Assembly (NCBI GenBank): GCA_024649995.1
Contig: JANKMX010000002.1
Coordinates: 9,446-73,445, forward strand
Direction: 5' to 3'
Source: Gudongella sp.
Lineage (GTDB): Bacteria > Bacillota > Clostridia > Tissierellales > Tissierellaceae
Length of the DNA: 64,000 nucleotides
Positions 21,478 to 30,283 of this stretch are shown here, piece after piece; within the stretch, counting starts at the first letter, position 1, and every line of letters begins with the position of its first letter. The position numbers were made by a program, and so were the translations under genes. The notes beneath the pieces were generated by a model. It was not told the DNA's origin and made no database searches. It saw only the letters and a program-made list of their open reading frames with translations.

Positions 21478-22545
21478 CTAGATTATTCTTGAAATGATTT
21501 TTTTGTACCTGTCTGTGTATTTCACAAGGTCGTAATCCTGGTTTTTGATCACATTGCTTATGAAGTTCTGCCTTTGGTACTCGAAGCTCATGCTTGGAGT
21601 AAGATTCTCAACCAGGTAGAAGAACTTGTTCTTTGAAAGGTCAAGGTCTGAGTTTTCGTTCTTCAAGGCCCATTCAACGTATCTTTCAATGTAATCAAGG
21701 GTCCTGTCCACATCCCTTTTGACTGCATATATGTCAGCAAACATAAGTATGTTGTTTCCCATAAGATAACCCTCAAGATTATAGTCAGTAATCATCTTTC
21801 GTTGAAGGGTTGCAAGCTCCATTGCATAGTCAAGGTCCCTTTCCTTGAGGGCGGTGCCCCACATGCTGGCAAGGGAAATTATGGAGTTGTTGATATTGTT
21901 GAATAGACTTTCCTGCTCCACTATCTTGGCGCTTTCACTGTCACCGGTAATGGAATATATTGTGGAAAGCATGAAGTCTGTATTGACATTGAGCTTTGGA
22001 AGTGTGTTGAGCACCTCTATTGCCCTGTCGTAATCCTCCTTCATCGTATACAAACTGCTAAGTACATATAGGGAAGCCTGTTTAACCTCCAGGTCGTCAA
22101 TCACGGATGCAGCCTCCAGAAGGGATATTGACCTGTCCAGCACCCTATTGGCCTGTTCTTCAGATTCAGCCATCTGAATGTATTCCTGTAGAAGACTTCC
22201 CATTCTGAATTTCAGGAAAAGGCTGTTTGGGTAAGCCTCAAGGTAGTTTTCACATACCAAAAGGGCATCGTCATAATCACCTGTCTCAAACTTCTCAGCA
22301 CAAACCTTGTAAATGTTTGTAACATCGTCCGGACTTATCTCGGTTTCAAACATTAAAAGCGCATCCAGTGAAGTTCCCAGGAGCCTTGCTATGGGTGAAA
22401 GCATTGTAATATCTGGATAGGAGGAATTATTCTCCCACCTTTCGACAACATCAGGTGTTGTTCCAAGTGCGTGGGCAAACTGATCTATTGAAATTCCCTT
22501 GTTCTGTCTCAGCTTCTGAATTGTACTTCCTATTGATAGTTTCAT
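21478..22545 (-). CDS. XRE-family HTH regulator with C-terminal TPR-like domain (RNPP-like architecture)
   Basis: N-terminal HTH_3 (IQKLRQNKGISIDQFAHALGTTPDVVERWE) followed by about 280 aa of helical repeats. Confidence 0.75.
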   Translation of the reverse strand: MKLSIGSTIQKLRQNKGISIDQFAHALGTTPDVVERWENNSSYPDITMLSPIARLLGTSLDALLMFETEISPDDVTNIYKVCAEKFETGDYDDALLVCENYLEAYPNSLFLKFRMGSLLQEYIQMAESEEQANRVLDRSISLLEAASVIDDLEVKQASLYVLSSLYTMKEDYDRAIEVLNTLPKLNVNTDFMLSTIYSITGDSESAKIVEQESLFNNINNSIISLASMWGTALKERDLDYAMELATLQRKMITDYNLEGYLMGNNILMFADIYAVKRDVDRTLDYIERYVEWALKNENSDLDLSKNKFFYLVENLTPSMSFEYQRQNFISNVIKNQDYDLVKYTDRYKKIISRII

Positions 22546-22735
22546 CTTTTCCTCCTTGTAAGATAATATAATTACGGAATTTACCTATTATCAATTATAC
22601 CCTTAAGAGAAGATATTAATTAACAAAATTGCTCAATTTATCGGTCTGCCAGATTAGAGGATTATGGTTATGGGTTTTAGACCAAAACCAACGGGGTAGA
22701 AATATAGGGAAACGAAACCTAGAAGGAGGGATTTT

Positions 22736-24094
22736 ATGTTTTTCAAGAAAATTGAAACTGAAGGACTGGCTCACTATTCCTATATGGTAGGCGATGGTGA
22801 TGACATTGCTGTAATCGACCCCATGAGAGATGTTCAGGTGTACATGCATGAAGCAAGAAAAGCTGGTATGAGAATAAAATACATCCTTGAAACCCATAGA
22901 AATGAGGACTATGTAATAGGTTCAATGGAGCTGGCTGAGAAAACAGGAGCCCAGATATACATATCCGACCATGAAGATCTTGGCCATGTCTATGGGGAAA
23001 GAATTAGGGACGGCTTTGAAATTGAAATGGGAGAGATAAGGATAAAGGCAATACATACACCGGGTCACACCCTTGGTCATATGAGCTATGCCGTATACGA
23101 AGAGGGGACAGAGGAGCCATATATGGTGTTTACCGGGGACTGTATGTTTATGGGAGACTTCGGAAGAACGGACTTCTATGGAGAGGAAAACCTCGAAAAG
23201 ATGACAGGTCTCCTGTATGAAAGTGTATTTGAGAAGATTCTGCCCCTTGGGGACCATGTACTGCTGCTTCCGGCACACGGTGCAGGCTCTGCTTGTGGAG
23301 ACTCAATGGATGAAAGGCCTTATTCTTCCCTGGGGTATGAAAAGGCAACAAATGAACTTCTTCAAGTTGGTTCAAAGGAGGAGTTCATAGACAAGTTTGC
23401 AAAGATGAGAATCAAGCCTAGATACTTTGAAAGGATGGAAGTACTGAACGTTAAGGGAGGAGACTTTGTAGGGGATGAGGTTGTCCTCAATGTACTCACG
23501 GTTGAAGAGATAGAAGCCATCAAGGATGATGTAATTCTTGTAGACGCCAGAACAAAGGAGGGCTACATAGGTGGACACATACCAGGTTCAATTTTCCTTT
23601 CCAAGGGAAACATTACGGCATTTCTTGGATCCATGTACTTCCCGGATGACAAGCTAGCCTTTATCATTGATGGTTCTATGGGTGAAATGGAGGAAATATA
23701 CTGGTATTGCAGAAGAATTGGCTTTGATAATATGTTGGGTTATCTACCCGAAGGAATTGAAATGTGGCAGGAAAAAGGAAATGATATCAACAAGCTTCCT
23801 ACTGTAACCGCAAGGGAATACAAGGAAATGGACAAGGGAGATGACTTCATACTCCTGGACATAAGGGATGCAGAGGAAATCCAGGAAGGAGACCCTTCCG
23901 AGAACAGGCTAAACATCCAGTTGAAGAGCCTGTATGAGAATCTTGACATGCTTGACAGGAACAAGACCATATATGTTCTTTGTGGCTCGGGGAACAGAGC
24001 TACTACAGCTGCATCCTATTTACAGTTCGAAGGATTCAATGCAGCGGTAATAACCGGTGGGGTAAGAATGTACAGAAACATATCACAGGAATAG
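22736..24094 (+). CDS. Persulfide dioxygenase-like MBL domain fused to two rhodanese domains (CstB-like)
   Basis: MBL core (THRNEDY, HTPGHT, FTGDCMF, PAHG). The first rhodanese-like domain lacks the catalytic Cys. The second has the active-site loop CGSGNR. Confidence 0.8.
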   Translation: MFFKKIETEGLAHYSYMVGDGDDIAVIDPMRDVQVYMHEARKAGMRIKYILETHRNEDYVIGSMELAEKTGAQIYISDHEDLGHVYGERIRDGFEIEMGEIRIKAIHTPGHTLGHMSYAVYEEGTEEPYMVFTGDCMFMGDFGRTDFYGEENLEKMTGLLYESVFEKILPLGDHVLLLPAHGAGSACGDSMDERPYSSLGYEKATNELLQVGSKEEFIDKFAKMRIKPRYFERMEVLNVKGGDFVGDEVVLNVLTVEEIEAIKDDVILVDARTKEGYIGGHIPGSIFLSKGNITAFLGSMYFPDDKLAFIIDGSMGEMEEIYWYCRRIGFDNMLGYLPEGIEMWQEKGNDINKLPTVTAREYKEMDKGDDFILLDIRDAEEIQEGDPSENRLNIQLKSLYENLDMLDRNKTIYVLCGSGNRATTAASYLQFEGFNAAVITGGVRMYRNISQE

Positions 24095-24163
24095 AGAAAC
24101 TGGAAAAGATCAAGCAGGCTCAAAGGTGAGGCTGCTTGATTTCTAAATCAGGGGAGGATTGCC

Positions 24164-25951
24164 ATGAGTAATGATGTAATGATTGTTTTTGCTATACTTT
24201 TTGCTGCAATCATCATGTTCTCCACAGATAGGATCAGGAATGACGTGGCATCCATTATCATTATGCTATCGTTGGCATGGAGTGGAATAATACCACTCAA
24301 CCAAGCCTTTTCAGGCTTCTCATCAAATGCTGTAGTTGCAATAATGGGAGTTATGATAATAGGCTTTGGCATAGAAAAGACGGGGATAATGGACAGCTTT
24401 GCCAATATAATAATGAAAAAGGCTGGAACACAGGAGAACAGGGTAATCGCAGTGGTGATGGCAGTGGCGGGAATGATATCTTCATTTATGCAGAACATCG
24501 GAGCTGTTGCACTATTTTTGCCAGCTGTAAAGAAAATTGGAAACAAATCCGGCATAAGTCATCAGAGGCTCATAATGCCCCTGGCCTTTGCGGGAATTCT
24601 TGGTGGAACCGTTACAATGGTTGCCTCAGGGCCCTTGATCATATTGAATGACCTACTAAATGACGGAGGCTATGACAGCTTTGGGCTTTTCAGTGTAACT
24701 CCCATTGGACTTGGAGTACTCTTTGCAGGCATTCTATACTTCTTCCTTCTTTCAGGCAAGGTATTGCCAGGTGGGGAAGAAAAAAGTCAGGGAAGGAAGG
24801 ACGAGCTACTTGACATCTATAATCTCCCCAAGGAAATCCACGAGGTTGTTATAGAGAAGGATTGCGAGCTTATTGGAAAAACCATTGAAGAGCTTGATAT
24901 TTGGAGAATTTATGGAATCCATATTCTCGCACTGTGGGATTCTGGCAGCAAGACCTTTATCCCGTGGAGAAAGACTACCTTCAAAGAGGGTCAGGTATTG
25001 GCCATATTCGGGGAGGATGAGCACCTGAATCAATTCTTCAAGTCCTTCAATCTTGAACACAAGCACAACCTTGTTGTATTCAGGGAGCTTGCAGATGAGA
25101 AGGAAGCAGGTTTTGCCGAAATAATCCTGCCACCGGATTCAAATCTCAAGGGGAAGACCCTGGAGGAGATATCACTTAGAAAGAACTACAGGATAGAACC
25201 AATAACATATATAAACACCGATGGAAATAGGCTTAATCTGATGGATTGGGAAATGGAGCCGGGACTTAAGGCCATAGTTTTCGGAAGGTGGGAGGACCTT
25301 GACAGCTTGAAGAAGTCAAAGGATTTTGTGGTCATAAGTGACGTCAAGCCTCCGGAGGAAAGCTCCAGAGCTGACAAAAAAGTACATGCAATGGCAATAC
25401 TTGGTGCTGGAATTCTTCTGATACTTTTGGGAGTTTCCCTGCCACTAAGCTTTTTGTCGGCAGCTGTCCTTATGCTTTTTACCAAGGTAATTTACAAGGA
25501 GGAGCTTTACGAGGCAATAGACTGGAAAACAGTCTTCCTGCTGGCTGGTCTGATACCCTTGGGAACTGCATTTGAGCAGACCGGAGCCGCAAGGCTGACA
25601 GCCGAAGCCATAATCAGTGTAGTTGAATCGTGGAATGTATTTTTTATCCTGATTGTAATAGGACTGATCACCTCATTCTTTTCACTGTTCATGTCAAATG
25701 TAGCGGCAACTGTTCTGCTGGTTCCCTTGATACTTATCATGGGTGAAAGCTTTGGAATAGACCCAAGAGGTCTTGCTCTCCTAGTTGCGGTTGCTGCCTC
25801 AAATTCATTTGTCATACCAACCCATCAGGTAAATGCATACATTATGGGACCGGGAAACTATAAAACAGGTGATTACCTTAAGGCAGGAGGGATCATGAGT
25901 GTAGTGTTCCTTCTTGTCACTACATCGATAGTGTATTTCTTCTATATATGA
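24164..25951 (+). CDS. SLC13/DASS-family anion permease with central TrkA-C (RCK_C) domains
   Basis: Two TM bundles separated by a soluble stretch of about 170 aa that contains two RCK_C-like repeats. Confidence 0.75.
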   Translation: MSNDVMIVFAILFAAIIMFSTDRIRNDVASIIIMLSLAWSGIIPLNQAFSGFSSNAVVAIMGVMIIGFGIEKTGIMDSFANIIMKKAGTQENRVIAVVMAVAGMISSFMQNIGAVALFLPAVKKIGNKSGISHQRLIMPLAFAGILGGTVTMVASGPLIILNDLLNDGGYDSFGLFSVTPIGLGVLFAGILYFFLLSGKVLPGGEEKSQGRKDELLDIYNLPKEIHEVVIEKDCELIGKTIEELDIWRIYGIHILALWDSGSKTFIPWRKTTFKEGQVLAIFGEDEHLNQFFKSFNLEHKHNLVVFRELADEKEAGFAEIILPPDSNLKGKTLEEISLRKNYRIEPITYINTDGNRLNLMDWEMEPGLKAIVFGRWEDLDSLKKSKDFVVISDVKPPEESSRADKKVHAMAILGAGILLILLGVSLPLSFLSAAVLMLFTKVIYKEELYEAIDWKTVFLLAGLIPLGTAFEQTGAARLTAEAIISVVESWNVFFILIVIGLITSFFSLFMSNVAATVLLVPLILIMGESFGIDPRGLALLVAVAASNSFVIPTHQVNAYIMGPGNYKTGDYLKAGGIMSVVFLLVTTSIVYFFYI

Positions 25952-25975
25952 TAGGTTTTGTAAAGGAGGAGAAAG

Positions 25976-26488
25976 ATGGATTTTTTGGTGCTTGAAAGAT
26001 GGTCGCCCTATGTTGTGGGGGTTCTGATCGGATTACTGAATGTTGTCTCACTACTTGTCTCAAAGAAGCCTCTGGGGGCTTCCACAAGCTTTATGAAGCT
26101 TGGAGGGATAATCTACAGGTCCTTTGACAAGGAAAAGGTTCAAAACAACGAATATTATCAAAAGAATGAATTGAAGCTTGACTGGGGCATGATGCTGGTA
26201 CTGGGGATAATCATTGGAGCCTTCATATCGGCAATGCTTTCAGGGGATTTCAATCTTATTGCTGTTCCTAGCATGTGGGCCAATGAGATTTCAGGTAGCT
26301 TTCTGCTAAGGTTCTTTTCTGCTGTTCTGGGTGGAATTTTCCTTGGTGTAGGAGCCAGATGGGCTGGTGGCTGCACCAGTGGACATGGAATAAGTGGAAC
26401 CAGTTTTCTTTCGGTTATCAGTTGGGTGGCTGGAATCGCATTCTTTATTGGCGGTATAGCTGTGGCCTTCCTCATATACGGAATGTAG
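25976..26488 (+). CDS. YeeE/YedE-family sulfur-compound transporter, first half
   Basis: Conserved GGCTSGHG motif, 170 aa, 4 TM helices. Confidence 0.8.
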   Translation: MDFLVLERWSPYVVGVLIGLLNVVSLLVSKKPLGASTSFMKLGGIIYRSFDKEKVQNNEYYQKNELKLDWGMMLVLGIIIGAFISAMLSGDFNLIAVPSMWANEISGSFLLRFFSAVLGGIFLGVGARWAGGCTSGHGISGTSFLSVISWVAGIAFFIGGIAVAFLIYGM

Positions 26489-26499
26489 GGGTGATTAAA

Positions 26500-27045
26500 A
26501 TGGCAAAGAATAATAGAACCCTCATGCAGGGACTTATAATAGGGATATTCTTCGGTTTCTTTCTCCAGAAGGGAGGGGTCACCAAGTATGATGTTATTGT
26601 TGGACAGCTGAGGCTCATTGATTTTACGGTAATAAAAATCATCCTTACTGCAATCGTAGTTTCCATGCTGGGAATAAGCTATTTTTATCCCAAGGACATG
26701 CTTCCAGTCAAAACCAAGGCTGGTTCAATCAAAAATGCAACAATAGGTGGACTCCTGTTTGGTGTTGGCTTTGGTCTACTTGGCTATTGTCCTGGCACAA
26801 TAGCAGGCGCCATCGGTAATGGCTACATTGATGCAGTTACAGGAGGACTGATCGGGATCGTTCTTGGAACCATGATCTATGCAATGATCTATGGGAAATT
26901 GAAGGAAAAGGGAGTTCTGACACAGGATAAGTACAGTGAATATAGTCTTTTCCACCATATGAAGGGCAGCCCCTTTAAGGTGACAATACCATTTGGGGCG
27001 ATCATTGTTGCTGTGCTTTTCATAATGGAAATGGGTGGACTGTAG
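26500..27045 (+). CDS. YeeE/YedE-family sulfur-compound transporter, second half
   Basis: The ATG at 26500 (MAKNNRTL) lies 11 nt after the previous stop. Contains the LLGYCPGT motif. Confidence 0.8.
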   Translation: MAKNNRTLMQGLIIGIFFGFFLQKGGVTKYDVIVGQLRLIDFTVIKIILTAIVVSMLGISYFYPKDMLPVKTKAGSIKNATIGGLLFGVGFGLLGYCPGTIAGAIGNGYIDAVTGGLIGIVLGTMIYAMIYGKLKEKGVLTQDKYSEYSLFHHMKGSPFKVTIPFGAIIVAVLFIMEMGGL

Positions 27046-27073
27046 AGGCGAGAAATTTCGCCTCTTTATCTTT
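27045..27073 (+). terminator. Terminator-like hairpin between the YeeE/YedE pair and the reductase gene
   Basis: GAGGCGA gaaatt TCGCCTC followed by TTTATCTTT. It could act as an attenuator because an RBS and gene follow directly. Confidence 0.5.
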
Positions 27074-27089
27074 GGAAGGAGAGGATTAG

Positions 27090-28433
27090 ATGAATCAAGA
27101 GGTTGTAATCATAGGAGGAGTTGCAGCAGGAATGAGCTGTGCGGCAAAGCTATCCAGAGAAGACCCTGAAGCCAGAATAACAGTATATGAGAAGGGGAAA
27201 CACATCTCCTACGGAGCCTGTGGGTTGCCCTACTATATTGGTGATGTGATTGAGGACCACCATAGACTTGTGGTAAAGGAACCAAAGGATTTTGAAGATA
27301 CCAATGTGGATGTTAGGATTATGCACCAGGTGACAAAGGTCCTACCAGAAGAGAAGAAGGTAGTGGTAAAGAACCTTGAAACGGGAGAGAAATTTGAAAA
27401 GGATTACCACAAGCTTGTAATTGCCACTGGAGCTGAGCCGGTTAAGCCTCCCTTTGTGGATGAAAGCGTGGGGAATGTATTTACCCTAAGAACAGTGGAG
27501 GACGGACAGAGGATCAAGAAGGCAGCTTTATCAGATAAGGTTGAGAGGGTCGTTCTAATCGGAGCAGGCTACATCGGTCTTGAGCTGGTTGAATCATTTC
27601 ATAATCTTGGAAAGCAGATTTCTGTGATCAATCGGTCAGCAAACATCATGAAGCCTGTTGACCAGGAAATAAGAGAGATCCTCATAAAGGAACTGAAGGA
27701 CAAAGAAATTGAGCTTAATTTCAATGAAGAGGTAGATAAGATAATACAGGATGAGGATGGTATGGTCAAGACAGTTGTTACCGACAAGGGTGAACACCCA
27801 GCAGATCTTGTTGTGGTTGCAATTGGTGTTGCTCCAGCCACCAGGTTTCTTGAGGGAACGGGAATTGATACCCTTAGGAATGGGGCCATTGTAATCAACG
27901 ACAGGATGGAGACCAATTTAGAGGGCATTTATGCAGCTGGCGACTGTGCAACCCTTTACCACAGAATCCTCGGAAAGAATGTCCACATACCCCTTGCCAC
28001 CTATGCAAACAGGCAGGGGAGACTTCTTGGTGAAATCCTCTCCGGAAAGGACAGTAGCTTTCCTGGAGGGATTGGCGCATCTGTTGTAAAGATTTTGGAC
28101 ATCACCATAAGCGCCACTGGAGTAAACGAGAAGCAGGCAAAGGATGGAGAGCTTGATTATGAGACCGAGTTCATAAAGGGCTACAGCAATGCAGGCTACT
28201 ACCCGGGGAGCAAGCCCTTGTATGTAAAGTACATCTATGACAAGAAGACCAAGGTTCTTTTGGGAGCCCAGCTTGCAGGTGAAAAGGGAGCACAGCACAG
28301 GATTGATGCACTTTCAATAGCGATTGATAAGGGCTTGACTTTAAGAGAGCTTGCCTACAGTGATTTTGCATACACTCCTCCATATTCAGGAGCATGGGAT
28401 CCTCTTCAGGTTGCAGCAAATGTTGCTGAGTAA
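27090..28433 (+). CDS. CoA-disulfide reductase / NADH-oxidase-family flavoprotein (single redox Cys)
   Basis: GGVAAGMS FAD-binding fold, redox Cys in SYGACGLPYYIG, and a second Rossmann fold LIGAGYIGLE. Confidence 0.8.
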   Translation: MNQEVVIIGGVAAGMSCAAKLSREDPEARITVYEKGKHISYGACGLPYYIGDVIEDHHRLVVKEPKDFEDTNVDVRIMHQVTKVLPEEKKVVVKNLETGEKFEKDYHKLVIATGAEPVKPPFVDESVGNVFTLRTVEDGQRIKKAALSDKVERVVLIGAGYIGLELVESFHNLGKQISVINRSANIMKPVDQEIREILIKELKDKEIELNFNEEVDKIIQDEDGMVKTVVTDKGEHPADLVVVAIGVAPATRFLEGTGIDTLRNGAIVINDRMETNLEGIYAAGDCATLYHRILGKNVHIPLATYANRQGRLLGEILSGKDSSFPGGIGASVVKILDITISATGVNEKQAKDGELDYETEFIKGYSNAGYYPGSKPLYVKYIYDKKTKVLLGAQLAGEKGAQHRIDALSIAIDKGLTLRELAYSDFAYTPPYSGAWDPLQVAANVAE

Positions 28434-28472
28434 TATAAAGATTCTGGGGAATATATAGATAGAGGTGAATAT

Positions 28473-29588
28473 ATGGACAACAGAGATTACAAGGAGCTTA
28501 CAAAAAAAGAAAAATTGGGACGGCAAAAGGAAATCTGGAAGCTTTTCACCAAGCTGGGCTTTCTTGCCTTTGGTGGTCCTGCTGCCCATATAGCCATGCT
28601 TGAGACGGAGGCCATTGAAAAGAAGAAATGGCTCCAGCGGGAAAGATTTATGGACTTTATGGGAGCGACCAATATTATTCCAGGGCCAAATTCAACAGAG
28701 ATGGTCATGCTGGTTGGATATGAAAGGGGAGGAATACCTGGACTTTTTGTTGCTGGAGGGGCCTTTATCATTCCTGCCATGCTGTTGGTTTTAATGTTTG
28801 GGGTTATGTATGTTACCTACGGGTCTCTTCCTGAGCTGACAACGGTTCTTGATGGGGTCAAGGCTGTTATCATGGCCGTCATTGTCAATGCCCTCTACAG
28901 ACTTTTCAGAAATGTAATCAAAAGCAAGGAGGCACTATTCTTTGGTGTGGCAATAGCTGCTGTGTACCTGCTTGGTGTTGGAGAAATACCGCTTCTATTC
29001 ACCGCAGGTGTCCTTATGATGCTATGGAAGAACAAGGACAGGATTACTGGGAAAACCTACTCCCTGGCACTACCGATGATTTTTTTGACCTTCCTGAAAA
29101 TCGGAGCGGTTCTCTATGGTAGTGGCTATGTACTGCTGGCATTCTTGGAGGCTGAATTTGTTGAGACACTGGGTGTTCTAACAGAGCAGCAGATTCTTGA
29201 TTCAGTGGCTGTTGGACAGTTCACACCTGGTCCTGTGTTCACCACTGCAACCTTCATAGGATATGTATTGGGAGGATTTCCGGGAGCGGTCCTTGCCACC
29301 ATAGGAATATTCCTGCCTGCCTTTATACTGGTTATATTCCTTAAGCCCCTGATCTACAAGCTCAGGGAAAACAAATGGCTCTCAGGTGCCCTGGATGGTG
29401 TAAACATAGCATCCTTGGTTCTTATGGCAGTGGTAAGTGTAAAGCTTGGCTTGTCATCCATAATAAGTGTTACAACAGCATTGATTTTCATTGGAGGCAT
29501 GGTTGGAATTATGAAGTACAACATCAACACCGCCTGGCTGATAATTGCAGGAGGGACAATAAACTGGATAGTTCAAACGATCATATGA
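28473..29588 (+). CDS. chrA: Chromate-ion-transporter (CHR) family protein, fused two-domain form
   Basis: FGGPAAHIAM in the first half and GQFTPGPVFTTATFIGY in the second half. Confidence 0.85.
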   Translation: MDNRDYKELTKKEKLGRQKEIWKLFTKLGFLAFGGPAAHIAMLETEAIEKKKWLQRERFMDFMGATNIIPGPNSTEMVMLVGYERGGIPGLFVAGGAFIIPAMLLVLMFGVMYVTYGSLPELTTVLDGVKAVIMAVIVNALYRLFRNVIKSKEALFFGVAIAAVYLLGVGEIPLLFTAGVLMMLWKNKDRITGKTYSLALPMIFLTFLKIGAVLYGSGYVLLAFLEAEFVETLGVLTEQQILDSVAVGQFTPGPVFTTATFIGYVLGGFPGAVLATIGIFLPAFILVIFLKPLIYKLRENKWLSGALDGVNIASLVLMAVVSVKLGLSSIISVTTALIFIGGMVGIMKYNINTAWLIIAGGTINWIVQTII

Positions 29589-29613
29589 AAAGAACCCCTG
29601 AGGGTTCTTTTTT
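29589..29613. terminator. Bidirectional terminator
   Basis: AAAGAACCC ctga GGGTTCTTT followed by TTT. Confidence 0.8.
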
Positions 29614-30283
29614 AGTATAAACCATAGGTTGAATCAATGTCCTGCACGAATATAATTCCATTGCCTGGTTCATCTATTTTCATATCAGTGCTTATGGATG
29701 ATACTATTCCATCCGTAAGATCCCCTTTGGAGATGATCAGTACTATTTCCTTTTCAGGTTCAATTTCCATTCCAAAAACCTTGCTGGTCTCATGTATTCC
29801 TGAGCCCCTTCCGTTTATAATGGTGGCACCTCTTGAACCTGCCTTGTTTGCCGCATCGACAACCATCTCTCCTTTTCCTTTATCCACTATCGATATCACA
29901 AGATTGTAATCTGCCACCTTCTCACCTCTTTCAACGTTATCATTGCATTTCATTGCCTTGGTACCGAAAATTCCACTGATGGAAGTGCTAAAGGCAATTC
30001 CATGATTTGGTTTCCTGAAATTGAACCTTCTGTCCAGTTCTTCAAGTGTAGCCCTGGAGGTGTTGGAATCAGAAGCCATCAGGACAATCTCCTTCCTTGC
30101 CTCGTTAATTCCAAGAAATTCAAGAAGCTGGTTTTTGATTGTGCCAGTTCCCAAAAGGACCGTTCCCCCGCTGACGCCCTGCTTTTTGGCATGCTTCATT
30201 ATCTTGCTGGCCATACCATAATTGACAATCACTGTAATAAGATTTATTTCATCAAAGCAATTTCTGTCATTGATCACTTTCAA
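29612..30283 (-). CDS. Tandem P-II (GlnB-like) domain protein
   Basis: Two repeats: LITVIVNYGMASKIMKHAKKQGVSGGTVLLGTG and LVISIVDKGKGEMVVDAANKAGSRGATIINGRG. It overlaps the upstream membrane gene by 17 nt. Confidence 0.7.
   Translation of the reverse strand: MKVINDRNCFDEINLITVIVNYGMASKIMKHAKKQGVSGGTVLLGTGTIKNQLLEFLGINEARKEIVLMASDSNTSRATLEELDRRFNFRKPNHGIAFSTSISGIFGTKAMKCNDNVERGEKVADYNLVISIVDKGKGEMVVDAANKAGSRGATIINGRGSGIHETSKVFGMEIEPEKEIVLIISKGDLTDGIVSSISTDMKIDEPGNGIIFVQDIDSTYGLY

Noticed and set aside
22656-22690. GGTTTT-agacc-AAAACC inverted repeat upstream of the CstB-like gene, considered as an operator for a sulfur-responsive repressor
   Set aside because: The arms are only 6 bp, there is no second copy elsewhere in the cluster, and no cognate regulator has been identified.
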